A stretch of DNA of 39,497 bases from a virus (IMGVR_UViG_3300045988_100167:1-39497); one strand, 5' to 3'; positions 1 through 7,727 are shown, numbered from the stretch's first letter. Translations and numbers: made by a program. Notes: generated by a model not told the origin, from the sequence alone.

Positions 1-314
1 GTAGCGGAGACTATTCAAAGTTAGCAAGTAGCGGAGACTATTCAAAGTTAGCAAGTAGCGGAGACTATTCAAAGTTAGCAAGTAACGGATACTCTTCACA
101 GTTAGCAAGTAGCGGATACTCTTCAAAGTTAGCAAGTAGCGGATACTATTCAAAGTTAGCAAGTAGCGGAGACTATTCAAAGTTAGCAAGTAGCGGATAC
201 TCTTCAAAGTTAGCAAGTAACGGAGACTATTCACAGTTAGCAAGTAGCGGAGACTGTTCAAAGTTAGCAAGTAACGGATACTATTCACAGTTAGAAGTAA
301 CAGGAAAAGATTCA
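1..314 (+). repeat. 27-bp coding tandem repeat (consensus AAGTTAGCAAGTAGCGGAGACTATTCA), about 10.6 units plus one degenerate unit
   Basis: Direct reading shows head-to-tail units with only a few substitutions (GAC/TAC, TAT/TCT/TGT, AAG/CAG, AGC/AAC). The same array closes the window at 39323-39497. Confidence 0.95.
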
Positions 315-956
315 ATAGCATTTTCGAACGGATATAAAAGTACTATAAAAGCCAAAAAAGGGACATGGATAGCATTAGCAGAATATGGCAGAAATAATGA
401 AGATAGAATTATACCAATTTATGCAAAAATAGCACAAATTGGTAATAAAGAATATAAGGATAATAAAAATAAAATTTTAAAATCTAATACAGAATATATT
501 TTATGGAATAAAGAGTTTTGTGAAGTAATACGAGTTGATGAGATTCAAAGTATAATAATTTCAGAAAAGAAAAGAGATAATATAAGAATAATAAAAGCGG
601 TTGATATAGATGATATTTATCAAAGAGAAGAAGCAAAAACAATGTATATAACTATTGATGGAAAATATTCAGCACATGGATATACATTAAGAGAAGCGGT
701 TGATGATTTAACATATAAAAAATTAAATAACACAAATTCAAAGGAAATTGTATCAGAAATCAAAAAAACTGGAAAAGTAACAAGAAGTCAATATAGAGCT
801 TTAACAGGAGCATGTTCATTTGGAACAAATAAATTTTGTAAAGAACATAATATACAAGATCTTGAAGAGATCGAATTAGAAGAGTTAAGAAAAATATTAA
901 TAAATGACTATGGTGCAAAAAGATTTTGGAATTTAATAGATGGAATAGAAGAATAA
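1..956 (+). CDS. 3' part of a wrap-around gene. It encodes a 9-aa tandem-repeat protein, (S[KQ]LAS[SN]G[DY][YSC])n, followed by a C-terminal non-repeat domain of about 215 aa.
   Basis: Frame 3 is open from nt 3 to TAA 954-956. The first 287 nt are in-frame 27-nt repeats identical to those at the right end of the window. The ORF track shows only the internal-Met tail 642..956. Confidence 0.8.
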   Translation, partial: SGDYSKLASSGDYSKLASSGDYSKLASNGYSSQLASSGYSSKLASSGYYSKLASSGDYSKLASSGYSSKLASNGDYSQLASSGDCSKLASNGYYSQLEVTGKDSIAFSNGYKSTIKAKKGTWIALAEYGRNNEDRIIPIYAKIAQIGNKEYKDNKNKILKSNTEYILWNKEFCEVIRVDEIQSIIISEKKRDNIRIIKAVDIDDIYQREEAKTMYITIDGKYSAHGYTLREAVDDLTYKKLNNTNSKEIVSEIKKTGKVTRSQYRALTGACSFGTNKFCKEHNIQDLEEIELEELRKILINDYGAKRFWNLIDGIEE

Positions 957-969
957 AGGAGAAATATAA

Positions 970-1146
970 ATGATTAAAGTAATATTATTAATAATAGCTT
1001 TTGTTTTATTATATACAGTAGGAAGAATAAAAGGTGAAAAAGAAACATTAGAAAGAATTAAAGAATATATAAAAAATTCAAACAATTGGAATGAATTTAT
1101 GGAACAAATATCAATAGATTTTAAAGCAAATGATATAAAGGAGTGA
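970..1146 (+). CDS. small membrane protein (58 aa, N-terminal hydrophobic helix)
   Basis: The ATG follows an AAGGAGAAATATAA RBS. The product is MIKVILLIIAFVLLYTVGRIKG.... This ORF is not in the track because it is under 60 aa. Confidence 0.5.
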   Translation: MIKVILLIIAFVLLYTVGRIKGEKETLERIKEYIKNSNNWNEFMEQISIDFKANDIKE

Positions 1147-1151
1147 ATAAA

Positions 1152-1301
1152 ATGGATTTAGATGATGAAGAATTAAAAGCGACAAGAATATTAAATGGAG
1201 CAGATAAGAATAGTAGAACAAGATTTAAAAATGAAATAAAAGTAAGTGAAATATACAGACAACAGGGAAGAGAGTTAGAAGAAGAAGATAGAAAAAATTA
1301 G
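1152..1301 (+). CDS. hypothetical small protein (49 aa)
   Basis: The ATG lies 5 nt after the previous stop and is preceded by AAGGAGTGAATAAA. The frame is open to TAG 1299-1301. Confidence 0.4.
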   Translation: MDLDDEELKATRILNGADKNSRTRFKNEIKVSEIYRQQGRELEEEDRKN

Positions 1302-1329
1302 ATAAAAAAATGGAAAGGAAAGATAAGTT

Positions 1330-1590
1330 ATGATAATAGTAAATCAAGAGAGAACAAAAATAATAAACTTTGAAAAAATAACAGAAATTACAGCGAGTGG
1401 AACAAGAATATTGGTAGGCGATGATATTTTTATACCCAAAGGAGAAGAAATAGCAAAATACGAAACAGAAGAAAGAGCAAAAGATGTATTACAAGAAATA
1501 ATAAGTAAATACAAAACTACATTATATAATTCAAAAACGAATGAAACGGTTGTCAATGTACCAAAAGTATATGAAATGCCGACAAAATAA
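1330..1590 (+). CDS. hypothetical early protein
   Basis: 86-aa ORF with a GGAAAGGAAAG RBS-like stretch upstream. It is co-oriented and tightly packed with its neighbours. Confidence 0.6.
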   Translation: MIIVNQERTKIINFEKITEITASGTRILVGDDIFIPKGEEIAKYETEERAKDVLQEIISKYKTTLYNSKTNETVVNVPKVYEMPTK

Positions 1591-1600
1591 GGAGGTTTAT

Positions 1601-2071
1601 ATGGAAGATAGAATTAAAGTAGGAGAATATGTAAGAACAAAAGATGGACTAATAGGAAAAATAAAAGAGTTTATTCCACATTATACGAAAGGTAAAAGAG
1701 AAGGACAGGAAGTAAAAGAAAATTTTTTGCTAATGGGGCAAGAACAATGTAAATTTATTGAAAGTATAGATTATAGAATACCGCCTTGTTATCCAAGTGA
1801 TGAAGAATGGGAGAAAATAAAAAAATATATAGTAAAACACAGCAAGCAACTAATAGATTTAATAAAAGCTAGAGACATAGTAAACGGACATTTGGTTATT
1901 GATAAATATGAAGATGTCGACGAATATGGTAATGATTTTTGGTGCTTAATTATAGAATACGATTCGCTTTTAAATAGAAGTATTAGAGAAGAAGATATAA
2001 AAACAATACTAACAAAAGAAAGTTATATGGCTAATTGCTATAAAGTAGGAGGAGAAGATGAAAAAATATAA
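1601..2071 (+). CDS. hypothetical early protein (156 aa from the RBS-supported start)
   Basis: AAGGAGG lies 6 nt upstream of ATG 1601. This start is in frame with track ORF 1541..2071. Confidence 0.6.
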   Translation: MEDRIKVGEYVRTKDGLIGKIKEFIPHYTKGKREGQEVKENFLLMGQEQCKFIESIDYRIPPCYPSDEEWEKIKKYIVKHSKQLIDLIKARDIVNGHLVIDKYEDVDEYGNDFWCLIIEYDSLLNRSIREEDIKTILTKESYMANCYKVGGEDEKI

Positions 2072-2225
2072 ATTATGGATACGAAAATATAGTATATTCA
2101 AAAACGACTATGAAGTAATTGAAAAAGTAATTACAACTAATGATATTTATCATGAGATAGGATATATATATTGTACAACACTTGAAAAAATTGAAAGAAT
2201 AGATTATCAAGAAGTAAAGGAGTAA
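2058..2225 (+). CDS. hypothetical small protein (55 aa)
   Basis: GGAGGAG RBS lies before ATG 2058, which overlaps the end of the previous gene. The frame is open to TAA 2223-2225. Confidence 0.4.
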   Translation: MKKYKLWIRKYSIFKNDYEVIEKVITTNDIYHEIGYIYCTTLEKIERIDYQEVKE

Positions 2226-2232
2226 ATAAGAT

Positions 2233-2481
2233 ATGAATAAAATAGATAAATTAAAAAAATTTTTACAAGAAAATTATCCCAACGAACAGGCATTTAATAC
2301 AAGAAACTGGGAAGGTGACAATATGGAAACAGTATATGATGAAGATGGAATAATAGTTGATTATTGTTACGATTATTCATATATTGAAATATTTGGTTTA
2401 ACAGATAAAGAATTTGAAAATTTAATTGATAATACGGGACATTTAAAAACTTTTAATGTTGAGGAGAGGAGTGATACATAA
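2233..2481 (+). CDS. hypothetical early protein
   Basis: 82-aa ORF with an AAGGAG RBS upstream. Its stop overlaps the next start (TAATG). Confidence 0.6.
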   Translation: MNKIDKLKKFLQENYPNEQAFNTRNWEGDNMETVYDEDGIIVDYCYDYSYIEIFGLTDKEFENLIDNTGHLKTFNVEERSDT

Positions 2482-2726
2482 TGAAAGAAAAAACAGCAGA
2501 TGAATTATTTAAAGAATTAGGATATGAAAAAAATGTAGATACTCCTACTAATTTCATATATCAAAACAAGAAAAATAATAAAGAAATAAGATTTTATAAA
2601 ATATATAAATGTGTTGAAGTTTCTTTAATTGAATTTGAGGAATATGAAGGAAATTCAATTTTCTTTACAATGCAAGAATTACAAGCAATAAATAAGAAAT
2701 GTCAAGAAAAAGGGTGGATAGAATGA
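2481..2726 (+). CDS. hypothetical early protein
   Basis: 81-aa ORF, translationally coupled to the previous gene, with a GGAGAGGAG RBS upstream. Confidence 0.6.
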   Translation: MKEKTADELFKELGYEKNVDTPTNFIYQNKKNNKEIRFYKIYKCVEVSLIEFEEYEGNSIFFTMQELQAINKKCQEKGWIE

Positions 2727-2974
2727 AAAAAATAATTCAAACTATAAAACTTCGCAAATTAAAAACAGAAGTAAATAAAGAATATGTAGAGAAAATGAAC
2801 GAAGGTAATTATCTTATTTTATTCAAAGATGATACTTGTAAACAGGTTTATACTAAAGATGAATTAATAAACATTTTGAGTAAAGACCATATAAAACCTG
2901 TTAGGTATATTTTTAGTATGGCTGATAGAATCTGTATTGATAGAGATGTTCATATAAATATAGAGGAGGTATAA
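2723..2974 (+). CDS. hypothetical early protein
   Basis: ATGA start/stop overlap with the previous gene. This start is in frame with track ORF 2699..2974. Confidence 0.55.
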   Translation: MKKIIQTIKLRKLKTEVNKEYVEKMNEGNYLILFKDDTCKQVYTKDELINILSKDHIKPVRYIFSMADRICIDRDVHINIEEV

Positions 2975-2978
2975 AATA

Positions 2979-3212
2979 ATGGAAATTAATAAAAATCTTA
3001 TCCCAAAAGATAAGCCAAAAGATAAGCCATTAAAAGTTGAAATGATAAAACCAAAAAAATATATGAAAGCTGAGGTTAATGATAAGGAATTAATTATGGG
3101 TTTTTATAGCCCTGAAACAGCTGTTGAAGCATCTATAGATAAAAAAACAGCGATAAAGTTAGCACATATGATTTTAAAAAATTTCAATGATTATGATGAA
3201 GGAGAAAATTAA
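2979..3212 (+). CDS. hypothetical early protein
   Basis: 77-aa ORF with a GAGGAGG RBS upstream. Confidence 0.55.
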   Translation: MEINKNLIPKDKPKDKPLKVEMIKPKKYMKAEVNDKELIMGFYSPETAVEASIDKKTAIKLAHMILKNFNDYDEGEN

Positions 3213-3521
3213 ATGAATAATAATAAAATAGAAGAATTGCAAGAAAGATTAGAAGAATTACATAGAACACAGGATGCTAGATTAGCATGTGGTGCTGATG
3301 ATTTAGACATAAGAGAAGAAATTGCAGAAGTAGAAGCTGAAATCAAAGAATTAGAAGATTATATAAACGAAGAAAATAGTGCAGAGGAAACCTTGAAAAA
3401 GATGAAACAAAGTATTGAGAAATTAAGAAATAGAGATGGAGAAAGTATGGTAATGGTAGATATATGCATACAAAATATAATCTGTTTTTATGACAAATGG
3501 GAGGCAAATAGTGGAAAATAG
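3213..3521 (+). CDS. hypothetical acidic coiled-coil protein
   Basis: 102-aa ORF whose start abuts the previous stop (TAAATG). Confidence 0.55.
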   Translation: MNNNKIEELQERLEELHRTQDARLACGADDLDIREEIAEVEAEIKELEDYINEENSAEETLKKMKQSIEKLRNRDGESMVMVDICIQNIICFYDKWEANSGK

Positions 3522-4134
3522 TATAGAAGAAGATATAAAATGTGTGCAAGATTTTTTGGAATACAGTCAAGATATGATAAATGATATGGATTACGAAAGA
3601 CCTGTTGATGTAACTATATATCAACAGCAAATAAACTCTATGCAACATATTTTATCAGATTATAAAAGAGTATTAAAAGAGAATCAAGAATTAAAACAAG
3701 ATAGAAACAATAATTATCAAATGATAGCATTAGCACAAAATGAAGTGTTAGGATATATGCAAGGATATGAAGATGGTAAGAAATTAAAGAGAAGTGCTGT
3801 TGCATGTGTAGTAGAAAATCAACAGTATTATATAATAAAGAAAGAAATTGAACATTATAAAGAATATATAGAAAAACTACAAAAAGAAAATGAAGAATTA
3901 AAGAATAAATTATTAGATACTTTAGAAGGTCAAAAAGTAATCAAAGAAGAAACACCACAATATATTAAAGAAAATTTTATTCCAGTTCAAAAGATAAAAG
4001 ACAAGATAGAAAAATTAAATGATGAATCTCATGCAGAAGAACTTGAAGATATAATGATTGGAAAAAATTATACTATCACAGAATTAGTTCAATATGTTTT
4101 ACAAGAACTAATAGAAGAAAGTGAGGAAAAATAA
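3511..4134 (+). CDS. coiled-coil protein. Its N-terminal module is paralogous to the 35080..35304 product.
   Basis: GGGAGG lies 6 nt upstream of GTG 3511. The N-terminus ENSIEEDIK... and the motif HILSDYKRVLKENQELK mirror NSVEEDIK... and HILQDYKKVLKENEKLK of the other gene, which also starts with GTG. Confidence 0.6.
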   Translation: MENSIEEDIKCVQDFLEYSQDMINDMDYERPVDVTIYQQQINSMQHILSDYKRVLKENQELKQDRNNNYQMIALAQNEVLGYMQGYEDGKKLKRSAVACVVENQQYYIIKKEIEHYKEYIEKLQKENEELKNKLLDTLEGQKVIKEETPQYIKENFIPVQKIKDKIEKLNDESHAEELEDIMIGKNYTITELVQYVLQELIEESEEK

Positions 4135-4135
4135 A

Positions 4136-4240
4136 ATGAGTAAATATAAAACAATTAATAGATTAGATGAATGTGACGAAAAAGAAATAAACAGTTTAAT
4201 GCAAAGTAGAAAAAATGGAAATATAGATATTATAAAATGA
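4136..4240 (+). CDS. hypothetical small protein (34 aa)
   Basis: The ATG lies 2 nt after the previous stop and a GAGGAAAA RBS is present. The ORF is very short, so support is weak. Confidence 0.3.
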   Translation: MSKYKTINRLDECDEKEINSLMQSRKNGNIDIIK

Positions 4241-4302
4241 AGAATAAAAATAAAGATTTACAAAAATCTTTGAAAACAAAGTAAAGGAGTGTAAATGTAA
4301 AG

Positions 4303-4497
4303 ATGAAAGTTAGCTATGTAAAAAACACAATAGATTCAGCAATAGAAGTCTTGGACACGATAGACTGCTTGAATATAGCAAAAAAACAATACAATCAAAG
4401 ACAATTACATAAATTATATAATATCTTAGATACTTTTAAAGAAGAACTAATTCGAGAAAAAATAAAGAATAATATTGAAAAAAGTACAAAAAAATGA
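4303..4497 (+). CDS. hypothetical early protein
   Basis: 64-aa ORF with an AAGGAG RBS upstream. Confidence 0.5.
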   Translation: MKVSYVKNTIDSAIEVLDTIDCLNIAKKQYNQRQLHKLYNILDTFKEELIREKIKNNIEKSTKK

Positions 4498-4524
4498 TAA
4501 AATAAAAGAAAACGGAGTAAATTT

Positions 4525-4740
4525 ATGGAAGATATAATTGTAAAAGAATTATGCAACTTCTGTATTAACAAATGTGATAATTGTATGAAATGTAACATAA
4601 TTAAAAAGAATAAATTAACAACATACAATTGTGATAATTATATAAAAAACGAAAGCAAAATAAAAGGATATGACGAAAAATGGATTGACAATATATTAAC
4701 AAGCTTAGAAATAAATAAATTTGGAAGGTACAACAAATGA
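4525..4740 (+). CDS. Cys-rich (zinc-ribbon-like) small protein
   Basis: 71-aa ORF with a CNFCINKCDNCMKCN cluster. The ACGGAG RBS is weak. Confidence 0.55.
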   Translation: MEDIIVKELCNFCINKCDNCMKCNIIKKNKLTTYNCDNYIKNESKIKGYDEKWIDNILTSLEINKFGRYNK

Positions 4741-5105
4741 AAATAATAATTCCAGTAATACCAAGATCAAAAAAAAATAGTCAACAAATAATAAGCAATT
4801 CAAGAACAAAAAGACCTATGATAATACAATCAAAATTATATGCTAATTTCGAACGAGAATGTGGTTTATACCTAAAAAGATATAAAAGTAATATAGATTA
4901 TAGTATAAACCTTAAAATCGATTTTTATGTGCCGGACAAAAGGCGAAGAGATATAGTAAATTACATAGAAGCCATACAGGATATACTTGTAAAATATGAA
5001 GTGATAAAAGATGATAATTATAATATAATAACAAGCTTAGACGGAACAAGAATGTATATTGATAAAGAAAATCCAAGAGTTGAAATAGAAATAACAAAAA
5101 TATAA
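4737..5105 (+). CDS. rusA: RusA-like Holliday-junction resolvase
   Basis: 122 aa. The N-terminal PxxKKN motif and the central/C-terminal D...DxxN.. acidic pattern (RRDIVNYIEAIQDILVKYEVIKDDN) resemble the RusA family. The start overlaps the previous stop (ATGA). Confidence 0.7.
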   Translation: MKIIIPVIPRSKKNSQQIISNSRTKRPMIIQSKLYANFERECGLYLKRYKSNIDYSINLKIDFYVPDKRRRDIVNYIEAIQDILVKYEVIKDDNYNIITSLDGTRMYIDKENPRVEIEITKI

Positions 5106-5123
5106 ATAAAACAGTTAGTAAAT

Positions 5124-5151
5124 AAGGCAGAAAGTTGAATATTTCTGCCTT
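5124..5151 (+). terminator. hairpin after the RusA-like gene (AAGGCAGAAA / TTTCTGCCTT)
   Basis: Perfect 10-bp stem with an 8-nt loop. The U-tail is weak, and the hairpin overlaps the next promoter. Confidence 0.5.
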
Positions 5152-5163
5152 ATATGGTATAAT
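5135..5163 (+). promoter_or_regulatory. sigma-A-type promoter for the tRNA operon: TTGAAT, 17-nt spacer, TGg-TATAAT
   Basis: -35 at 5135-5140, 17-nt spacer, extended -10 TG at 5155-5156 and TATAAT at 5158-5163. Confidence 0.55.
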
Positions 5164-5251
5164 TATATTGTATCTGATGAAGATATATATTTGCACTTAA
5201 CTATTGCTGTTAAAGGACAGGGCAAGAAAAATAAACTGACCTTTGTTATAT

Positions 5252-5325
5252 GCGAGTTTGGTGCAAGGGTAGCACAACAGTCTCCAAAACTGTTTGTAGT
5301 GGTTCGAATCCATTAACTTGTGCCA
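5252..5325 (+). tRNA. trnW: tRNA-Trp (anticodon CCA)
   Basis: Hand-folded cloverleaf. Acceptor GCGAGTT/AACTTGT (2 G-U pairs), D stem GTGC/GCAC, anticodon stem ACAGT/ACTGT. Anticodon loop CTCCAAA, T arm AGTGG-TTCGAAT-CCATT, discriminator G and encoded CCA. Confidence 0.9.
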
Positions 5326-5433
5326 TGTCTGGGACTAGTAAAAAAGAAAAACTTTAAATTACAGAATTTCTTTGCCAGTTAAGTTTACTGCAAGCCCCAC
5401 AAGCATATTGGTTAAAACTTGTGGCAAGGACAT

Positions 5434-5507
5434 TGGAGAATAGTGAGATGGTATCACATTGGATTTTGATTCCAAGGTTCTTAGTTCAAATCTAGGTTCT
5501 CCAGCCA
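5434..5507 (+). tRNA. trnQ: tRNA-Gln (anticodon UUG)
   Basis: Hand-folded cloverleaf. Acceptor TGGAGAA/TTCTCCA (U1-A72, typical of bacterial tRNA-Gln), D stem GTGA/TCAC, anticodon stem TTGGA/TCCAA. Anticodon loop TTTTGAT, T arm CTTAG-TTCAAAT-CTAGG, then G plus CCA. Confidence 0.9.
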
Positions 5508-5691
5508 ATTTTTAAAAATTATTGTATGCAGTGATGTAATACCAAGTATTGCAGAGGTGCAAGAAAAGTAGTTATAAAGGGCTAAACCGAGCCGACTATA
5601 ACATGTATCTAGAATAAGAAGGCGAACGCATGATGTTACTATAATTATATCATTGCATAGAGTAATTTTAAAAATAAAAAGGAGAGATAAA

Positions 5692-5931
5692 ATGGTAAAA
5701 GTACAAGCAATAATTGATTTTACTTATAAAAATTATGATAAAATACAAAACCTAGAAAGCATAAACGAAAAAGAAAAAGGTAAAATATTTACAGGAGATA
5801 TATTTGAAGTAGAAGAAAAAGAAGCTGAATATTTATCAGGTAATAATCAAAAGAAAATAGTAGCAGTAAAAGTATTAGAAGTGATACCAGACAAACCTAA
5901 AAAAACAGTTAAAAAGAAAGAAGATAAATAA
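5692..5931 (+). CDS. hypothetical protein (79 aa from the RBS-supported start)
   Basis: AAAGGAGAG lies 6 nt upstream of ATG 5692, in frame with track ORF 5653..5931. Its stop overlaps the next start (TAATG). Confidence 0.55.
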   Translation: MVKVQAIIDFTYKNYDKIQNLESINEKEKGKIFTGDIFEVEEKEAEYLSGNNQKKIVAVKVLEVIPDKPKKTVKKKEDK

Positions 5932-6966
5932 TGGAAATAGTTTATAAAGATATAAACGAACTAAAACCATATAAAAATAATGCTAAAAAACATCCTCAAA
6001 ATCAAATAGATAAAATAAAAAAATCAATAGAAGAATTTGGATTTAATGATCCAATACGGTGTAGATGAAAACAACATGATAATTGAGGGACATGGAAGAT
6101 ATGAAGCATTAAAACAACTTGGAGTAAAACAAGTTCCTTGTATTGAACTAAATAACATGACCGAAGAACAAAAGAAAGCATATATTCTAGTGCATAACAA
6201 GCTAAACATGGACACAGGCTTTGATACAGAACTATTGAATAATGAATTGTTAGACATAAATATAATAGATATGACTAAGTTTGATTTGAACATAAAACTA
6301 GATGATTTATTCAAAGAAAATGAAAGACATAGAACAAATGACACATACAATTTAGGAATAATGGATAATGAAAACGTATCGGATTTTTGGCAAATGCCAA
6401 TAATAAAGAATAATAATTTCATACCAAGTAAATTGATTGGATTCAATTATGCTAAAACAACTAAAGAAAAGAATGCAGGAATACATTTTTATTTAGATGA
6501 TTATCAATTTGAAAGGTTATGGAACAAACCAGAGGAGTATGTTGACATATTAAAGCAATACGAATGTATATTAAGTCCTGACTTTAGCTTATATATGGAT
6601 ATGCCAATGCCTATGAAGATATGGAATATATACAGAAGTAGATTAATAGGACAATACTATCAAAGTCAAGGAATAAAGGTAATACCTACATTAAGTTGGG
6701 CAGAAGAAGAAACATTTGAATTTTGTTTTGAAGGAATACCTAAAGACAGTATAGTAAGTATATCAACGATAGGAGTAAAAAAGAATAAAGAAGCATTAAA
6801 GATATGGAAAGCAGGAGTTGATGAACTTATTAGAAGAATAGAGCCATCAACTATTTTGATATATGGTGGAAAATTAGATTATGACTATGGAAATATAAAA
6901 GTAATATATTATGAAAATCAAGTAACAGAAAGGATGATTAAAAATGGGAGGAAGAGGTGCAAGTAG
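5931..6966 (+). CDS. ParB-like N-terminal nuclease domain fused to a DUF4417-like domain. A full-length 344-aa product requires a +1 shift at CGG 6057-6059.
   Basis: The 0-frame from 5931 encodes MEIVYKDINELKPYKNNAKKHPQNQIDKIKKSIEEFGFNDPI and stops at 6066-6068. The +1 frame from 6058 continues GVDENNMIIEGHGRYEALKQLG, a ParB-type GHGR motif, and runs to 6966. Confidence 0.75.
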
Positions 6967-7261
6967 TAGCAAAAGTATAGGAATAAATAATGAATTTACA
7001 AGAATAAGAACTATGCTAAAAGAGTTTGATTATATAAACCAAAGAGAAGCAGATGAATTTATGGAGGGAATAAGGGATGAAATAACATACGCAAAACAAG
7101 ATTATGAAGAAAATGGCATAACCGATAAAGAACAATTACAAAAAAGAATGAAACGAAGAATGAGAAACTATATAGGTGGAAGATATATGTTTCAAGATGG
7201 TAGACACAATGACGAGATTATGGATATTGCCGATAAAATAGCTAAAAAAATATATAAGTAA
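6944..7261 (+). CDS. hypothetical protein starting MGGRGASS (first of a pair)
   Basis: 105-aa ORF. Its first 21 nt plus the 4 nt upstream are identical to those of the next gene. Confidence 0.6.
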   Translation: MGGRGASSSKSIGINNEFTRIRTMLKEFDYINQREADEFMEGIRDEITYAKQDYEENGITDKEQLQKRMKRRMRNYIGGRYMFQDGRHNDEIMDIADKIAKKIYK

Positions 7262-7270
7262 GGAGAAAAA

Positions 7271-7663
7271 ATGGGAGGAAGAGGTGCAAGTTCAGGGATA
7301 AGTAATAATGGGCACATATATGGAACAGACTATAAAACAATAATAAAATCTGGGAATATAAAGTTCGTAAAGAAAACCTCTAATCAGTCAGAAACGATAA
7401 TGGAAACAATGACAAAAGGAAGAGTATATGTAAATGTTAATAGTAAAGGAAAATTAACATCTATAACATATTTTGATAAAGATAATAAAAGAAAAAAACA
7501 AATAGATTTGACACACAAACATAAGAAAGAAATTCCACATACACATCATGGATATATACATAATGAGAATGACACAGAAAAAGGGGCAAGCAAATTAACC
7601 ACCAAAGAAAAAAGAATGGTTGATAGAATTAATAAAATATGGTATAATTATAATAATAAATAG
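7271..7663 (+). CDS. hypothetical basic, His-rich protein starting MGGRGASS (second of a pair)
   Basis: 130-aa ORF with an AGGAGAAAAA RBS. Its 3' end contains a promoter-like element, and its stop codon overlaps the 5' end of the tRNA-like RNA. Confidence 0.6.
   Translation: MGGRGASSGISNNGHIYGTDYKTIIKSGNIKFVKKTSNQSETIMETMTKGRVYVNVNSKGKLTSITYFDKDNKRKKQIDLTHKHKKEIPHTHHGYIHNENDTEKGASKLTTKEKRMVDRINKIWYNYNNK
7620..7648 (+). promoter_or_regulatory. sigma-A-type promoter TTGATA, 17-nt spacer, TGg-TATAAT, positioned to start transcription at the tRNA-like RNA
   Basis: -35 at 7620-7625, 17-nt spacer, TG at 7640-7641 and TATAAT at 7643-7648. The predicted start lies about 7-8 nt downstream, near 7656. 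Confidence 0.5.
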
Positions 7664-7723
7664 GAGTTAGTAAGGAAAAACACTCATTCATGGGAGTTCT
7701 GGGTTCGAGTCCTAGCTATTTAT
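7657..7723 (+). ncRNA. non-canonical tRNA-like RNA (about 67 nt)
   Basis: Perfect 7-bp acceptor pairing TAAATAG (7657-7663) with CTATTTA (7716-7722). Canonical T arm CTGGG-TTCGAGT-CCTAG (7699-7715) and a 3-bp D stem with GG in the loop. The anticodon arm has only 4 bp (7682-7685 with 7694-7697), closes an 8-nt loop ATTCATGG, and is separated from the T stem by 1 nt. Confidence 0.45.
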
Positions 7724-7727
7724 TATA

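Noticed and set aside
1-314. The regular 27-bp repeats at both window ends might be a CRISPR array.
   Set aside because: The units are contiguous with no spacers, they are in phase with a long ORF, and they vary at codon-level positions. This is a coding tandem repeat.
5252-5507. The phage tRNA-Trp or tRNA-Gln might be the CGG decoder.
   Set aside because: The anticodon loops read CTCCAAA and TTTTGAT, giving canonical CCA and UUG anticodons in 7-nt loops. Neither can pair with CGG or CGGA.
7657-7723. The tRNA-like element might simply be an attP core carrying the 3' half of a host tRNA gene.
   Set aside because: Not adopted as the primary call. The 5' acceptor strand pairs 7 of 7 with the 3' strand, a matched promoter and terminator bracket it, and no integrase is present. 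The possibility is kept as an alternative under the finding.
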